IMG/VR virus record: IMGVR_UViG_2862830631_000005
Location: 1 to 64,000 of that record
Strand: one strand, 5' to 3'
Origin: a virus
Taxonomy: Duplodnaviria; Caudoviricetes
DNA: 64,000 bases
In this document: positions 17,057 through 24,879 of the stretch, one piece after another
How positions within the stretch are numbered: the stretch's first letter is position 1
How the letters are laid out: every line of letters begins with the position of its first letter
The notes under the pieces: generated by a model
What the model was told of the DNA's origin: nothing
Seen by the model: the letters and a program-made list of their open reading frames with translations, nothing else
The model's database searches: none
Program-made: the position numbers and the translations under genes

Positions 17057-17530
17057 TTACGCCGCAGCTTTCCACGGCTTGTTTGTGTCGCACTGAGAAT
17101 GACAGTTGGGACAGAGAAACCTCAGGTTCTCGGCGCGGTTATCGAGAGGGTTGCCGTCTATATGATCAATCTCCAGAACGATTGGAAGCCCCATCCATGA
17201 ATCATCCAACCCGCATAGCTCACACACCGCTGGACGACCGATCTCGCTCAGTGCGCGGCGAAGGCGTTTGACATCTTCACGGTTACTACCCTCAGGGCGA
17301 ACCACAAGGATCTCAGTGGCCGCCTTTCGGCGGTTTGACGTCCCTCGACCGGCAGTCGTGTTTCGAAAGTGGCTTGTATCCAACCCCATGCGTACCACAC
17401 GATTACGCATATGGAAGTGGCTACCGCCCGCCACCTTGATACCTAGTCTGCGGAGCACGTCTGACATCGACGTGCAACTAGCGACCGCATCCGCCACCTG
17501 GGCGTCGGTATATGTTCTTTGTCTCCCCAT
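17057..17530 (-). CDS. HNH homing endonuclease between two tRNA-Leu genes
   Basis: CELCG..LEIDHIDGNPLDNRAENLRFLCPNCH. Confidence 0.92.
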   Translation of the reverse strand: MGRQRTYTDAQVADAVASCTSMSDVLRRLGIKVAGGSHFHMRNRVVRMGLDTSHFRNTTAGRGTSNRRKAATEILVVRPEGSNREDVKRLRRALSEIGRPAVCELCGLDDSWMGLPIVLEIDHIDGNPLDNRAENLRFLCPNCHSQCDTNKPWKAAA

Positions 17531-17534
17531 TGCG

Positions 17535-17607
17535 TACCGAGGGCGGGGGTCGAACCCGCATACACCTGATTCTAAGTCAGGCGGCTCGCCAGATGGCCTA
17601 CCTCGGC
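17535..17607 (-). tRNA. tRNA-Leu(TAG), short variable loop
   Basis: CCTGA-CT-TAG-AA-TCAGG. Confidence 0.9.
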
Positions 17608-17652
17608 ATATCGGGGAAGCCCCCGTAGTTCGGGATCCCCCCTGTGACCTAT

Positions 17653-17727
17653 TGGAACCGGGAGTCGGATCTGCACCGACGTAGGTCGGCTTTGCAGGCC
17701 GCCGCTTAACTACTCAGCCATCCCGGC
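17653..17727 (-). tRNA. tRNA-Cys(GCA)
   Basis: loop CT-GCA-AA; U73-CCA. Confidence 0.88.
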
Positions 17728-17982
17728 TTGTTCCCACCCCGGCCAATCATGGATGGTGGGAATGCGGCCCTGAGATCCATTCAGAGCCACGTTCACCTGC
17801 AGGGCGTAGGAAAGCCATGGACGAAGGTCATCCACGTCCTCTCCGTTGCCCTCAGCCTCATCTCTGGCAGCCTGCAGGATCTCTGCTATCTGCTGTCGAC
17901 GGGCCACGACGGCCGGATGGCTGTTGAACCATTCGATCGCCGGCTGGAGAAACTTGGGATCTTCCTTCAGCAAGCCAGCCAT
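17710..17982 (-). CDS. hypothetical protein whose stop lies in tRNA-Cys
   Basis: MAGLLKEDPKF...; AGGGGAA RBS. Confidence 0.6.
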   Translation of the reverse strand: MAGLLKEDPKFLQPAIEWFNSHPAVVARRQQIAEILQAARDEAEGNGEDVDDLRPWLSYALQVNVALNGSQGRIPTIHDWPGWEQAGMAE

Positions 17983-17995
17983 CGTTTCCCCTAAG

Positions 17996-18069
17996 TGGTC
18001 AGACCGGACGGGCACGATCCGTCCCCTGCACAGTCACAGTGTGCAATGCTTCCGCTACACCACGGCCTT
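17996..18069 (-). tRNA. tRNA-His(GTG)
   Basis: GCACA-CT-GTG-AC-TGTGC; atypical T-loop ATCGTGC; CCA. Confidence 0.85.
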
Positions 18070-18072
18070 GTG

Positions 18073-18145
18073 CGCCCCTGAAAGGATTCGAACCTCCACA
18101 GGCATGGCTTCGTAGGCCATCGCTCTTCCGTTGAGCTACAGAGGC
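18073..18145 (-). tRNA. tRNA-Arg(ACG)
   Basis: ATGGC-CT-ACG-AA-GCCAT. Confidence 0.92.
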
Positions 18146-18181
18146 AGTTGAGCTTTAACCATCTGCTTTATTAGATTGCAG

Positions 18182-18529
18182 TTAGCGCAAAGGGTTTGAT
18201 ACCCTTCCGGCCAACCGCGATTCCTTAGCTGCTGGCCGCTCCTGGCTAGCAGGAGCAAGCAAGCACAACGCTCGATGCAACCAAGTAGCAGCCGCTAAGA
18301 GCCCGCCATCCGGGTCGTCCACCGCATAACACGGCAGATCACCAAACTTCTCACGGTACATCTCGATAGCAGTGGCATGCCCGCCCTCATAAGACCAACC
18401 GATGAACGCGCACGCACGCTCAGCCTCAGCCGTAGAAGGCAAGGGCCCCCAGAAGTCAGGCACGGCGCTGCCACCCATCCATTTCCATCTGACTGCGATG
18501 CGAACGGTGGTCGTCATCGTCATAACCAA
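18182..18529 (-). CDS. hypothetical protein
   Basis: ORF only. Confidence 0.4.
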   Translation of the reverse strand: MVMTMTTTVRIAVRWKWMGGSAVPDFWGPLPSTAEAERACAFIGWSYEGGHATAIEMYREKFGDLPCYAVDDPDGGLLAAATWLHRALCLLAPASQERPAAKESRLAGRVSNPLR

Positions 18530-18728
18530 CCGAAACGCAAATCAGGTACCAACCCGGCTTAACCCAAAGCTCAAGGTTCTCGCCGTGAACATTTAACCCA
18601 CTATCCTCGGCGACATACAGCAGGGCGTCAATCGACCGCTTAACAGCGTCGGGCGTCATAGCGCTATGACAGGCGTGATAAAAGAAATGCTTCTCAGGCA
18701 CACTCGGCATGAAACAACTCCCCCGCAT
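18456..18728 (-). CDS. hypothetical protein
   Basis: ORF only. Confidence 0.4.
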   Translation of the reverse strand: MRGSCFMPSVPEKHFFYHACHSAMTPDAVKRSIDALLYVAEDSGLNVHGENLELWVKPGWYLICVSVGYDDDDHRSHRSQMEMDGWQRRA

Positions 18729-18757
18729 ACTCGGCGACCATCTTCTTTGATTCCATC

Positions 18758-18831
18758 TGGTTGCGCAGCTGGGATTCGAACCCAGAGCCTCGGCTTATGA
18801 GACCGAGATGTTCCCCTTACACTACCGCGCA
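18758..18831 (-). tRNA. tRNA-Met(CAT)
   Basis: TCGGT-CT-CAT-AA-GCCGA; CCA. Confidence 0.92.
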
Positions 18832-18887
18832 ATATCCGGATTGGTTCGCCTCTCACCGGCATCGAGGAGTGGTTTCCACTTCATACG

Positions 18888-18962
18888 TCGGAACGCTTGG
18901 ATTCGAACCAAGGGCCTCCCGGGTTTCAACCGGGCGCTCTCACCTCACTGAGCTACGATCCG
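18888..18962 (-). tRNA. tRNA-Phe(GAA)
   Basis: CCCGG-TT-GAA-AC-CCGGG. Confidence 0.92.
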
Positions 18963-19040
18963 AGGAGTCCCACCCATTCATGCCAGCCCCTCTGGCAACC
19001 TGTATTCACTCTTAGTGGCCACCAGGCGGGTGGGGGTAAG

Positions 19041-19126
19041 CGGAGGGCTGTGGGCACGATCCACACGGGTTGTCTACCGCGCACCCCTTAGCAGGGGGCC
19101 CCAGCTCCCTGGCTGGTTAGCTCTCC
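19041..19126 (-). tRNA. tRNA-Ser(GCT)
   Basis: GCCCC-CT-GCT-AA-GGGGT; long variable arm. Confidence 0.85.
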
Positions 19127-19260
19127 AAAGTTCCCGGTCGCTCTGCCAGTTGAGACGTATACCCCTGACGCACCAACAGTCCTTCGCGCGAACTAGGTGT
19201 TGGCTCCCACCGTGCACGGCAGGCGACGAGGGCAGGTGGATTCGAACCACCAACCACCAG
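19127..19260 (-). ncRNA. circularly permuted tRNA mimic (YrlA/Y-RNA-like)
   Basis: Order 5' CTGGT, T-arm GGTGG TTCGAAT CCACC, acceptor 3' strand, insert, acceptor 5' strand, D-arm, ACCGG 3'. Confidence 0.7.
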
Positions 19261-19263
19261 TTG

Positions 19264-19352
19264 CGAAGAGCGGAGGTCTTGATCCCCAAGCAGCATCACC
19301 TGCTACCCGGTATTCGACACCGGTCGGGGCACTCGCCCCTGCTTCACTCTCC
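19264..19352 (-). tRNA. tRNA-Ser(CGA)
   Basis: CCGGT-GT-CGA-AT-ACCGG; long variable arm. Confidence 0.8.
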
Positions 19353-19409
19353 AGATGCCGGTCGAGTTGCTTTTACCCTGCGCCTCCCCGGCTTGTGGCG
19401 CAGCATGTG

Positions 19410-19483
19410 TGGAGTCACCGAGGCTTGAACTCGGCTCTGCTGGACTGCGAATCCGGCGTTTTACCTTGTTAAACTACAACCCC
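19410..19483 (-). tRNA. tRNA-Ala(CGC)
   Basis: G3:U70; loop TT-CGC-AG. Confidence 0.88.
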
Positions 19484-19710
19484 ATTGTGCGGTTTCGGGT
19501 GTCGCGATTCACCCTACCGAGAGGTCCGCTATCTCGGATCCGTGGTTGGATAACACAGCCAGCGGCATCGGACTGCGACCCCGTAAATTAACGTCACCAG
19601 GGATCAGGGCGGGTAGTTATCCGATCTACCAACGGCTAGTTCGGTCCGGCCCAGTTTTAACCCGCTCGGGCCGGGGGTGGGAAGCAGTTTGAATTGATGC
19701 TCAACAATCG

Positions 19711-19782
19711 CTGGAAACCCTGGATTCGAACCAAGAATGACGGGTTCAGATCCCGTAGTGTTGCCGGTTACACCAGTCTCCA
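19711..19782 (-). tRNA. tRNA-Gln(CTG)
   Basis: ACGGG-AT-CTG-AA-CCCGT. Confidence 0.92.
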
Positions 19783-20064
19783 ATGCTGGAAAGGCATTTC
19801 GGTCGGCCCACCTCTCCACTGGCCGGTGGGCAGTCGATTCGGGGTCGAGCCCCTCCCTCGTCTGTGTTCCCCACTAGGACTGGCCTTGCGAGCAGGGGCC
19901 CTCATGTTGGTGTCGCAAGCCACGAACGGGTGCCCCGTCAGTCCCAAGATTGGAGACGCTTAGTTCAGTAGGCCCAGCGTCACTGCCTACACGATCCCAG
20001 GCTGGGGACGGTCCTACTTTCCCTCACCGTGCCCACGGGTGGGAGTGGTACCTCTCGTGTGTTG

Positions 20065-20141
20065 TCTCGCCGTGAGGAGTCGAACCTCCACACCCGAAGG
20101 AAGGGCTTTACAGGCCCCGTTGCTCACCTATGCGCGACGAG
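20065..20141 (-). tRNA. tRNA-Tyr(GTA)
   Basis: GGGGC-CT-GTA-AA-GCCCT; variable arm; reduced D-arm. Confidence 0.85.
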
Positions 20142-20434
20142 ATTGGAGGTGCGGCCTACAGACAAATACCGCACTACCACGCCATTTCACCGGATTATCG
20201 TTTCCCGGCTTGTCCCCCAGATCCCTCCAGGAGGCGCGTACGCCTGGTCCTTGTGAACCACTGTTCATGTCGAAAGCTACTCTGCGGCGTTCCCTTCGCC
20301 GTTGGGATGGCCGTCCCATGGCTGCAGTACTGACCTACAAACAGGATCCGCCTTGCGGGCTCGTCCTGCCCCGATTCTGCTCCACAGTCGGGGATTAAGG
20401 CGCTTTAACTCTTCGACAGGGAAAGTCTTTTGCT

Positions 20435-20510
20435 TGGATAACATCACAGGAATTGAACCTGCGACCTTCTGTTCTCAATACAGATGCTCTACCAATTGAG
20501 CTAGATGTTG
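20435..20510 (-). tRNA. atypical tRNA, anticodon TGA (nominally Ser) with a class-I body
   Basis: TCTGT-AT-TGA-GA-ACAGA; 5-nt variable loop; C1:A72; U73-CCA. Confidence 0.8.
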
Positions 20511-20912
20511 TGACCGGAGACGTGCTTCCCCATGAAGGTCCGTAACCTTTTGAGCTACAGAATGCTTCACGCCTCTCGCGCTTCAGGCTGGCGACCTGTT
20601 TCGCGCTCTCCCTCAACCGCATGCGAGCCGTCGCCCGTCGCGAGATCGGTCATGGAACCCGCCTTCGCCTGCCAGGGCTCTGACTCAGTTCCTTCCGCAC
20701 CCACACCAGCCTTAGTCGATAACACTTTCGGGCCTACGTTAGGTCATGGTGTCCTCAGCACGTTGCCGTTGGACCATGTGTACCTCGGTGGCGCACCGCC
20801 CCTTCGAGGACGGTGTCGGGTTGTGGATTGCATGGATTGCCCTCACGGGTGGCGAGCTGTCACACTCACCTTTCAGTGCCTTACGGCACCTTATCGGCCA
20901 TGCCCGAAATCT
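20511..20912 (-). ncRNA. large structured ncRNA (GOLLD-like candidate)
   Basis: No credible minus-strand CDS; many GNRA-capped hairpins (GTGCC-GTAA-GGCAC, CCC-GTGA-GGG, ACG-GCAA-CGT) and long-range TTTCGGGC/GCCCGAAA pairing. Confidence 0.55.
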
Positions 20913-21017
20913 TGATGGGGCCTGGATTCTAACCAGGATCTCCAGGGAATGCCACGTCCGGACGTGGGGCCTGGGCTCTACCGGGGATCAAGCCGGCTGA
21001 TCTTGAGCTACACCCTC
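20913..21017 (-). ncRNA. tRNA-like element with hairpin insertions in D-loop and anticodon arm
   Basis: TAGCTCAA[GATCA..TGATC]CCCGGTAGAGC, CCAGG[CCACGTC-CG-GACGTGG]CCTGG, CCTGG-TTAGAAT-CCAGG. Confidence 0.6.
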
Positions 21018-21018
21018 G

Positions 21019-21091
21019 CTGGTCCGCCAGGATTCGAACCTGGAACTTCCTGGTTAACAGCCAAGCGTGTTGCCGGTTACACCACGAACCA
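21019..21091 (-). tRNA. tRNA-Asn(GTT)
   Basis: CTTGG-CT-GTT-AA-CCAGG. Confidence 0.92.
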
Positions 21092-21247
21092 ATGATTGCC
21101 GCCAAACCAGGTGGGGGGAGCTTTTGACCGCACGATGGCGGGGTGGCTGTTATGTCACCCGGTTTGGTAAGTCTTTCCCACCAGTGTGACGACAGGTGGG
21201 CGTGCCGGTCCTAAACGGACACACTCAGTTGACACTTTTTCATTGCG

Positions 21248-21319
21248 TCGGGAAGCACAGACTCGAACTGCGTACGCCCGCATCCGAAGCGGCCATGTTT
21301 ACCTTTACACCACATCCCG
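21248..21319 (-). tRNA. tRNA-Pro(CGG)
   Basis: loop TT-CGG-AT; CGGGATG acceptor. Confidence 0.88.
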
Positions 21320-21393
21320 ATTGGAAGCATGGCGGATGGAGTGGGCTCTGTACCATCTCTTACCTATGGCCATTCCCGACCATGCTTCACGAG

Positions 21394-21831
21394 TGGAGCT
21401 GGCGGGAGTCGAACCCGCGTCTTACGTTCTTCGTACTCAGTCTTCTACGTGCGTAGTCCAGACAGGTGTAATCCCAGCCAGCTACTGGACATACGGCTGC
21501 GGATTTGCTTCGGATTTACCCCCGAGTGGGCTGCAATTTTAGCCTACGGGTGCGCGGGCGCTACGGTCTGCCAACCATTCCTGCGGTCCCCGTATTAGCG
21601 ACGCTGGATTGGTAGACGGAACGGGTAAACCGCTCTACCCCAACGGACTTCAGCTAGGCTGCGACGAGAAACTCAGCCTCGATGTCCTCAACGGAGAAAT
21701 CGAGCTCAGCTTCCCAGGCAGCGAAGTCAGCATCAGTATCGACTGCGCTTAATTTGTTTTGCACTGTTACGGGCGTTGCATCCCGGCACGCTTCCCTGGA
21801 CTCTGTTCGCAATCGAAACCAGAACAGCCCC
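21394..21831 (-). ncRNA. ssrA: tmRNA
   Basis: 5' GGGGCTG..GGTTTCGA, 3' GGGTTCGACTCCCGCCAGCTCCA; tag ORF 21746-21654 ending LVAA*. Confidence 0.95.
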
Positions 21832-21876
21832 ATGAAACTTACTTGATATCCACTATTTAGTTCTCAAAGTACTGAG

Positions 21877-21947
21877 CAGGGTCGGAGGGATTCGAACCCC
21901 CATAAGCGGCTTTGGAGACCACGGTCCTGCCGTTGGACGACAACCCT
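21877..21947 (-). tRNA. tRNA-Trp(CCA)
   Basis: GTGGT-CT-CCA-AA-GCCGC. Confidence 0.92.
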
Positions 21948-22083
21948 AAAGCCAGGTATTCGACCACCAGCCCTGGCGCTGGCTGAACAGGGCACCACCC
22001 CTTGGTCTGGGCGGCCCGGTCGAGCGGCTTGGAATTTGTTCGAGCCCGGGCCTTCTGCAACCGCTTCGTGGTTACGGAAGGTA

Positions 22084-22116
22084 AGATTACAGGCACAAAA
22101 TCGGGGTGAAACAGGA
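22084..22116 (-). promoter_or_regulatory. candidate promoter of the RNA cluster: CCTGTTTCAC-N16-TAATCT
   Basis: Repeated 11-mer (1 mismatch) plus TANNNT just downstream of a terminator. Confidence 0.6.
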
Positions 22117-22120
22117 GAAC

Positions 22121-22161
22121 AAAAAGGGCCCCTAGCCAGCTCATTCGCCGACCGGGGCCCT
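22121..22161 (-). terminator. intrinsic terminator
   Basis: GGGCCCC...GGGGCCC-TTTTT. Confidence 0.6.
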
Positions 22162-22175
22162 CCTGTGGGCTTGGG

Positions 22176-22415
22176 TTACTGCTTGGTCGGGAACTTGCGA
22201 CGCGGACGGCTCGCTGGGGCCTGGCCGGTCACCATCAGATTGAGATCCTCGTTGGTAAACGGATCATGAGGTCCAGCACCGACGATCGGCTGAACGGACG
22301 CAGCCTGAATGGTGGCAGCCTCCGAGCTGCCGGCCACCACTGGCTTCTTCACGGCCGGCTCGACAGCCTCAACGGCTGGAGCCTCTTCGGCCTTCTTCGT
22401 GGCAGCAGTTGCCAT
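22176..22415 (-). CDS. hypothetical Ala/Pro-rich protein
   Basis: ORF with GAGG RBS, upstream promoter and downstream terminator. Confidence 0.65.
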   Translation of the reverse strand: MATAATKKAEEAPAVEAVEPAVKKPVVAGSSEAATIQAASVQPIVGAGPHDPFTNEDLNLMVTGQAPASRPRRKFPTKQ

Positions 22416-22460
22416 GTGTCATTACCTCACAGTGAAATATGTTGCAAGCTCTCTGCGTTT

Positions 22461-22469
22461 AGTATAGCA
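22461..22469 (-). promoter_or_regulatory. extended -10 (TGcTATACT)
   Basis: SigA-type consensus upstream of 22415. Confidence 0.55.
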
Positions 22470-22483
22470 CGGAGTTTGCTGGA

Positions 22484-22825
22484 TCAGTCCCGCCAGCGTC
22501 GCGACGTGACGTGAGCTGCCTTTTTCTGGGATCCCGCACCGAGACGCTGGTTGCAGACGAGATGCATCGGTTCCAGATTCTCCACGCTGTACTGCAGAGG
22601 GTCATCCCAGGCGAGATCCTTCACCGGGATGATGTGATTCACGGTGGGGGACATTGGATCTGGATACTTGAGGGATAGGTCGATCAGCTGGCCGCACGCA
22701 GGATACTTTCCGTTTCCGCGGAAAGCGCAGATCTGATTCGTACGCAATACGCGATTCTTGGCCTGCTGGAATCGAACCCCCGCACGGCCACGTGGACGCG
22801 GCCCGTTTTTCGAATGGGTTGGCAT
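22484..22825 (-). CDS. HNH endonuclease
   Basis: C..CG..TVNHIIP..NLEPMHLVCN. Confidence 0.85.
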   Translation of the reverse strand: MPTHSKNGPRPRGRAGVRFQQAKNRVLRTNQICAFRGNGKYPACGQLIDLSLKYPDPMSPTVNHIIPVKDLAWDDPLQYSVENLEPMHLVCNQRLGAGSQKKAAHVTSRRWRD

Positions 22826-22845
22826 AGAGGGTTCCTCCCTCTATT

Positions 22846-23616
22846 TTACCCCAAATCCCAGATGACGAAGTTGTCGCTGAACTGGTGGGTGCCATCCTCG
22901 GCGAGCCCGAACACCCTGGTAGCCGTGCCATCTGGGTACTGAAGAAGGCTGTTATACCGCTTGTGGTAGTGGCCGTGAATCAATATCCTTGGCCGTACCC
23001 CGTCGCAGATCTTCCGCAACACTGCACGGTGCGCGTTCGATGCGATGATCTCAGACCGGGGCCAGCCGCTGGTAATCGAGTCGACATCAGGGTCCGCTGC
23101 GATTCCGGGGATGTCGACACCGAGGGGGCAGTCGTGCGACACAACCACGTGGACCGGGCCGGCCGAGATTGCACGATCCACCTCGGCCTCGGTGATGTGC
23201 TCCTCATCCCACCACGACACTCCAGGCTTGCGCAGCTGCCGGTCAATGGAGTGGGCCCCACCCATTGCCATCCACATGTAGCCACCCAGCTCCCAGCGAT
23301 AACCGCGGGGAAGGTGCTTGATCCTCGGGTAGGCGGGATCCGACCAAGGTTCACCGCCGGAGGCAGCGACCCGCTCAACGATCTCCGGGTGGTACTCGTG
23401 GTTGCCGTCGACCCACCACAGCTCCATATCGTGACGGGACAGAGCAGAGTTCAGGGTGGACAGGTAGGCTTCTCGCGGCAACCCTGGGCCCCACCATCCG
23501 AAATCGCCGGCGTGAATGATCAGCTCAACACCTCGGTAGGCGAGTGACTCGACTATGTTGGACGCCCACGTCGAGTTTCCGTGCCAGTCGCCCACGACGG
23601 CAACCTTGTTGGTCAT
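22846..23616 (-). CDS. metallophosphoesterase
   Basis: GDWHG, GDFG, DGNHE, SHDCP, HGHYH. Confidence 0.9.
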   Translation of the reverse strand: MTNKVAVVGDWHGNSTWASNIVESLAYRGVELIIHAGDFGWWGPGLPREAYLSTLNSALSRHDMELWWVDGNHEYHPEIVERVAASGGEPWSDPAYPRIKHLPRGYRWELGGYMWMAMGGAHSIDRQLRKPGVSWWDEEHITEAEVDRAISAGPVHVVVSHDCPLGVDIPGIAADPDVDSITSGWPRSEIIASNAHRAVLRKICDGVRPRILIHGHYHKRYNSLLQYPDGTATRVFGLAEDGTHQFSDNFVIWDLG

Positions 23617-23668
23617 AGAACCATGTACCCTTCGATTCGTGAGAGGCGGATGACGGATATATCCCTAC

Positions 23669-24175
23669 TCACGCCGCCAGCTCCGGATAGAACGTCCTCA
23701 TGAACCCAGCAGATGACTTGTCGAGATCCTCCCAGTCGGTGAGGTTCCGCTCATAGACCGACTGGGCATCGTTCGCCTCGAAACCGGGGCGCTTCACCTG
23801 ATGAATCCACTCCAGGTTCGAAGCCGCAGTGTTGGTGACATCCCCATCCTTGAAGCGGATCGTGGAGGCTTGCCGGCCGAACGGCGGCTCACCATGGAAT
23901 GCCAGAGCCACCAGGAATGCCACGCGCTGCGCACGCGGAACAGCGGGCTTCCCAACCCGTGGGATCTGCACGTTCACATACATGTGCGCAATGTTCGTGT
24001 TGTGCTTCCGCAGATACGGCTTCAGGATCTGCTCAGAGAACCTGCGGATGTACGGATTCTCGGAGTGTGGGCTGTGAACGACGAGCTCATAGGGCAGCCG
24101 GCGAACCTCGCCATGCCTGGACGCTTCGAAACGGTGAGGGATGCCGGGAATCTTCCGCCATTCCGTCAGTTCCAC
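23669..24175 (-). CDS. NUMOD4/HNH-like protein, apparently degenerate active site
   Basis: EWRKIPG..ASRHGEVR NUMOD4; LVALAFHG..RFKDGDVTN..SNLEW lacks the usual catalytic His. Confidence 0.7.
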   Translation of the reverse strand: MELTEWRKIPGIPHRFEASRHGEVRRLPYELVVHSPHSENPYIRRFSEQILKPYLRKHNTNIAHMYVNVQIPRVGKPAVPRAQRVAFLVALAFHGEPPFGRQASTIRFKDGDVTNTAASNLEWIHQVKRPGFEANDAQSVYERNLTDWEDLDKSSAGFMRTFYPELAA

Positions 24176-24663
24176 GAAGCTACCTCGGCGGCGAACGCCG
24201 GGTTGCACAGCACCGCGGGGGAGCGCACATTGCGGAGATGGGCGACGATGTCTGCGCCGCTCATACCGCCCTGCATGTAGAGGGCCCTGGCTGTCACCAG
24301 GGACGACCGATTCAGTCCAGCCTGGCAATGCACCAGAACAGGCCCATCCTTGCGGCACACGTTGATCCAGGTGGCAATGGCGTCGATCTGCTCGAACCCC
24401 TGGTAGACGGAGTCGTACATTTCGACATAGAGCTCTGAGCTGATCTCCCGCGCCATCTCGTAGCGCTCCCACGGGTACACCGACACAACGTGATCGATGT
24501 CCTCAGGGAGCATCAGCCCGTCAGCGCATCCGCCCTGCCAGAGGTTGTCGCCGATGTAGGAGATGTACGGCACATCGAACGGCGTCAGGCCATGCGTCGC
24601 AACACCGGAGATGCGCTGAACGCGCGGGTCGTACTCGATATCGATTGCTGTTGGGTCAGCCAT
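24166..24663 (-). CDS. dual-specificity (Cys-based) phosphatase
   Basis: VLVHCQAGLNRS CX5R motif. Confidence 0.92.
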   Translation of the reverse strand: MADPTAIDIEYDPRVQRISGVATHGLTPFDVPYISYIGDNLWQGGCADGLMLPEDIDHVVSVYPWERYEMAREISSELYVEMYDSVYQGFEQIDAIATWINVCRKDGPVLVHCQAGLNRSSLVTARALYMQGGMSGADIVAHLRNVRSPAVLCNPAFAAEVASWN

Positions 24664-24879
24664 CTACCGACCTTCCTCTTCCCAGTAGGCTTCCATTACC
24701 TTCGTCACGACCTTGAACCAGTCGGGGCGGCCGTTCAGCTCTCCGTCTATCGCATCGAAGTAACTGTCTTCGGTTGCACTGGCTTCGATCTCGTCATCGA
24801 GATACTGGCGGTCAAGCTCGGCGATGAGTACATCCTCGAGCTGCTTGATGAGGACCGTGTCCTCGGCGCGGATCGGCAT
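24664..24879 (-). CDS. hypothetical acidic protein
   Basis: Coupled ORF. Confidence 0.6.
   Translation of the reverse strand: MPIRAEDTVLIKQLEDVLIAELDRQYLDDEIEASATEDSYFDAIDGELNGRPDWFKVVTKVMEAYWEEEGR

Noticed and set aside
15900-21900. Many 60-140 aa ORFs on both strands in the RNA cluster
   Set aside because: They overlap tRNA, tmRNA or structured RNA and lack RBS or protein-like composition.
15376-21947. Amber suppressor/Pyl tRNA, or a hammerhead or HDV-like ribozyme in the spacers
   Set aside because: No CUA anticodon found; no convincing catalytic-core consensus recognised by eye.
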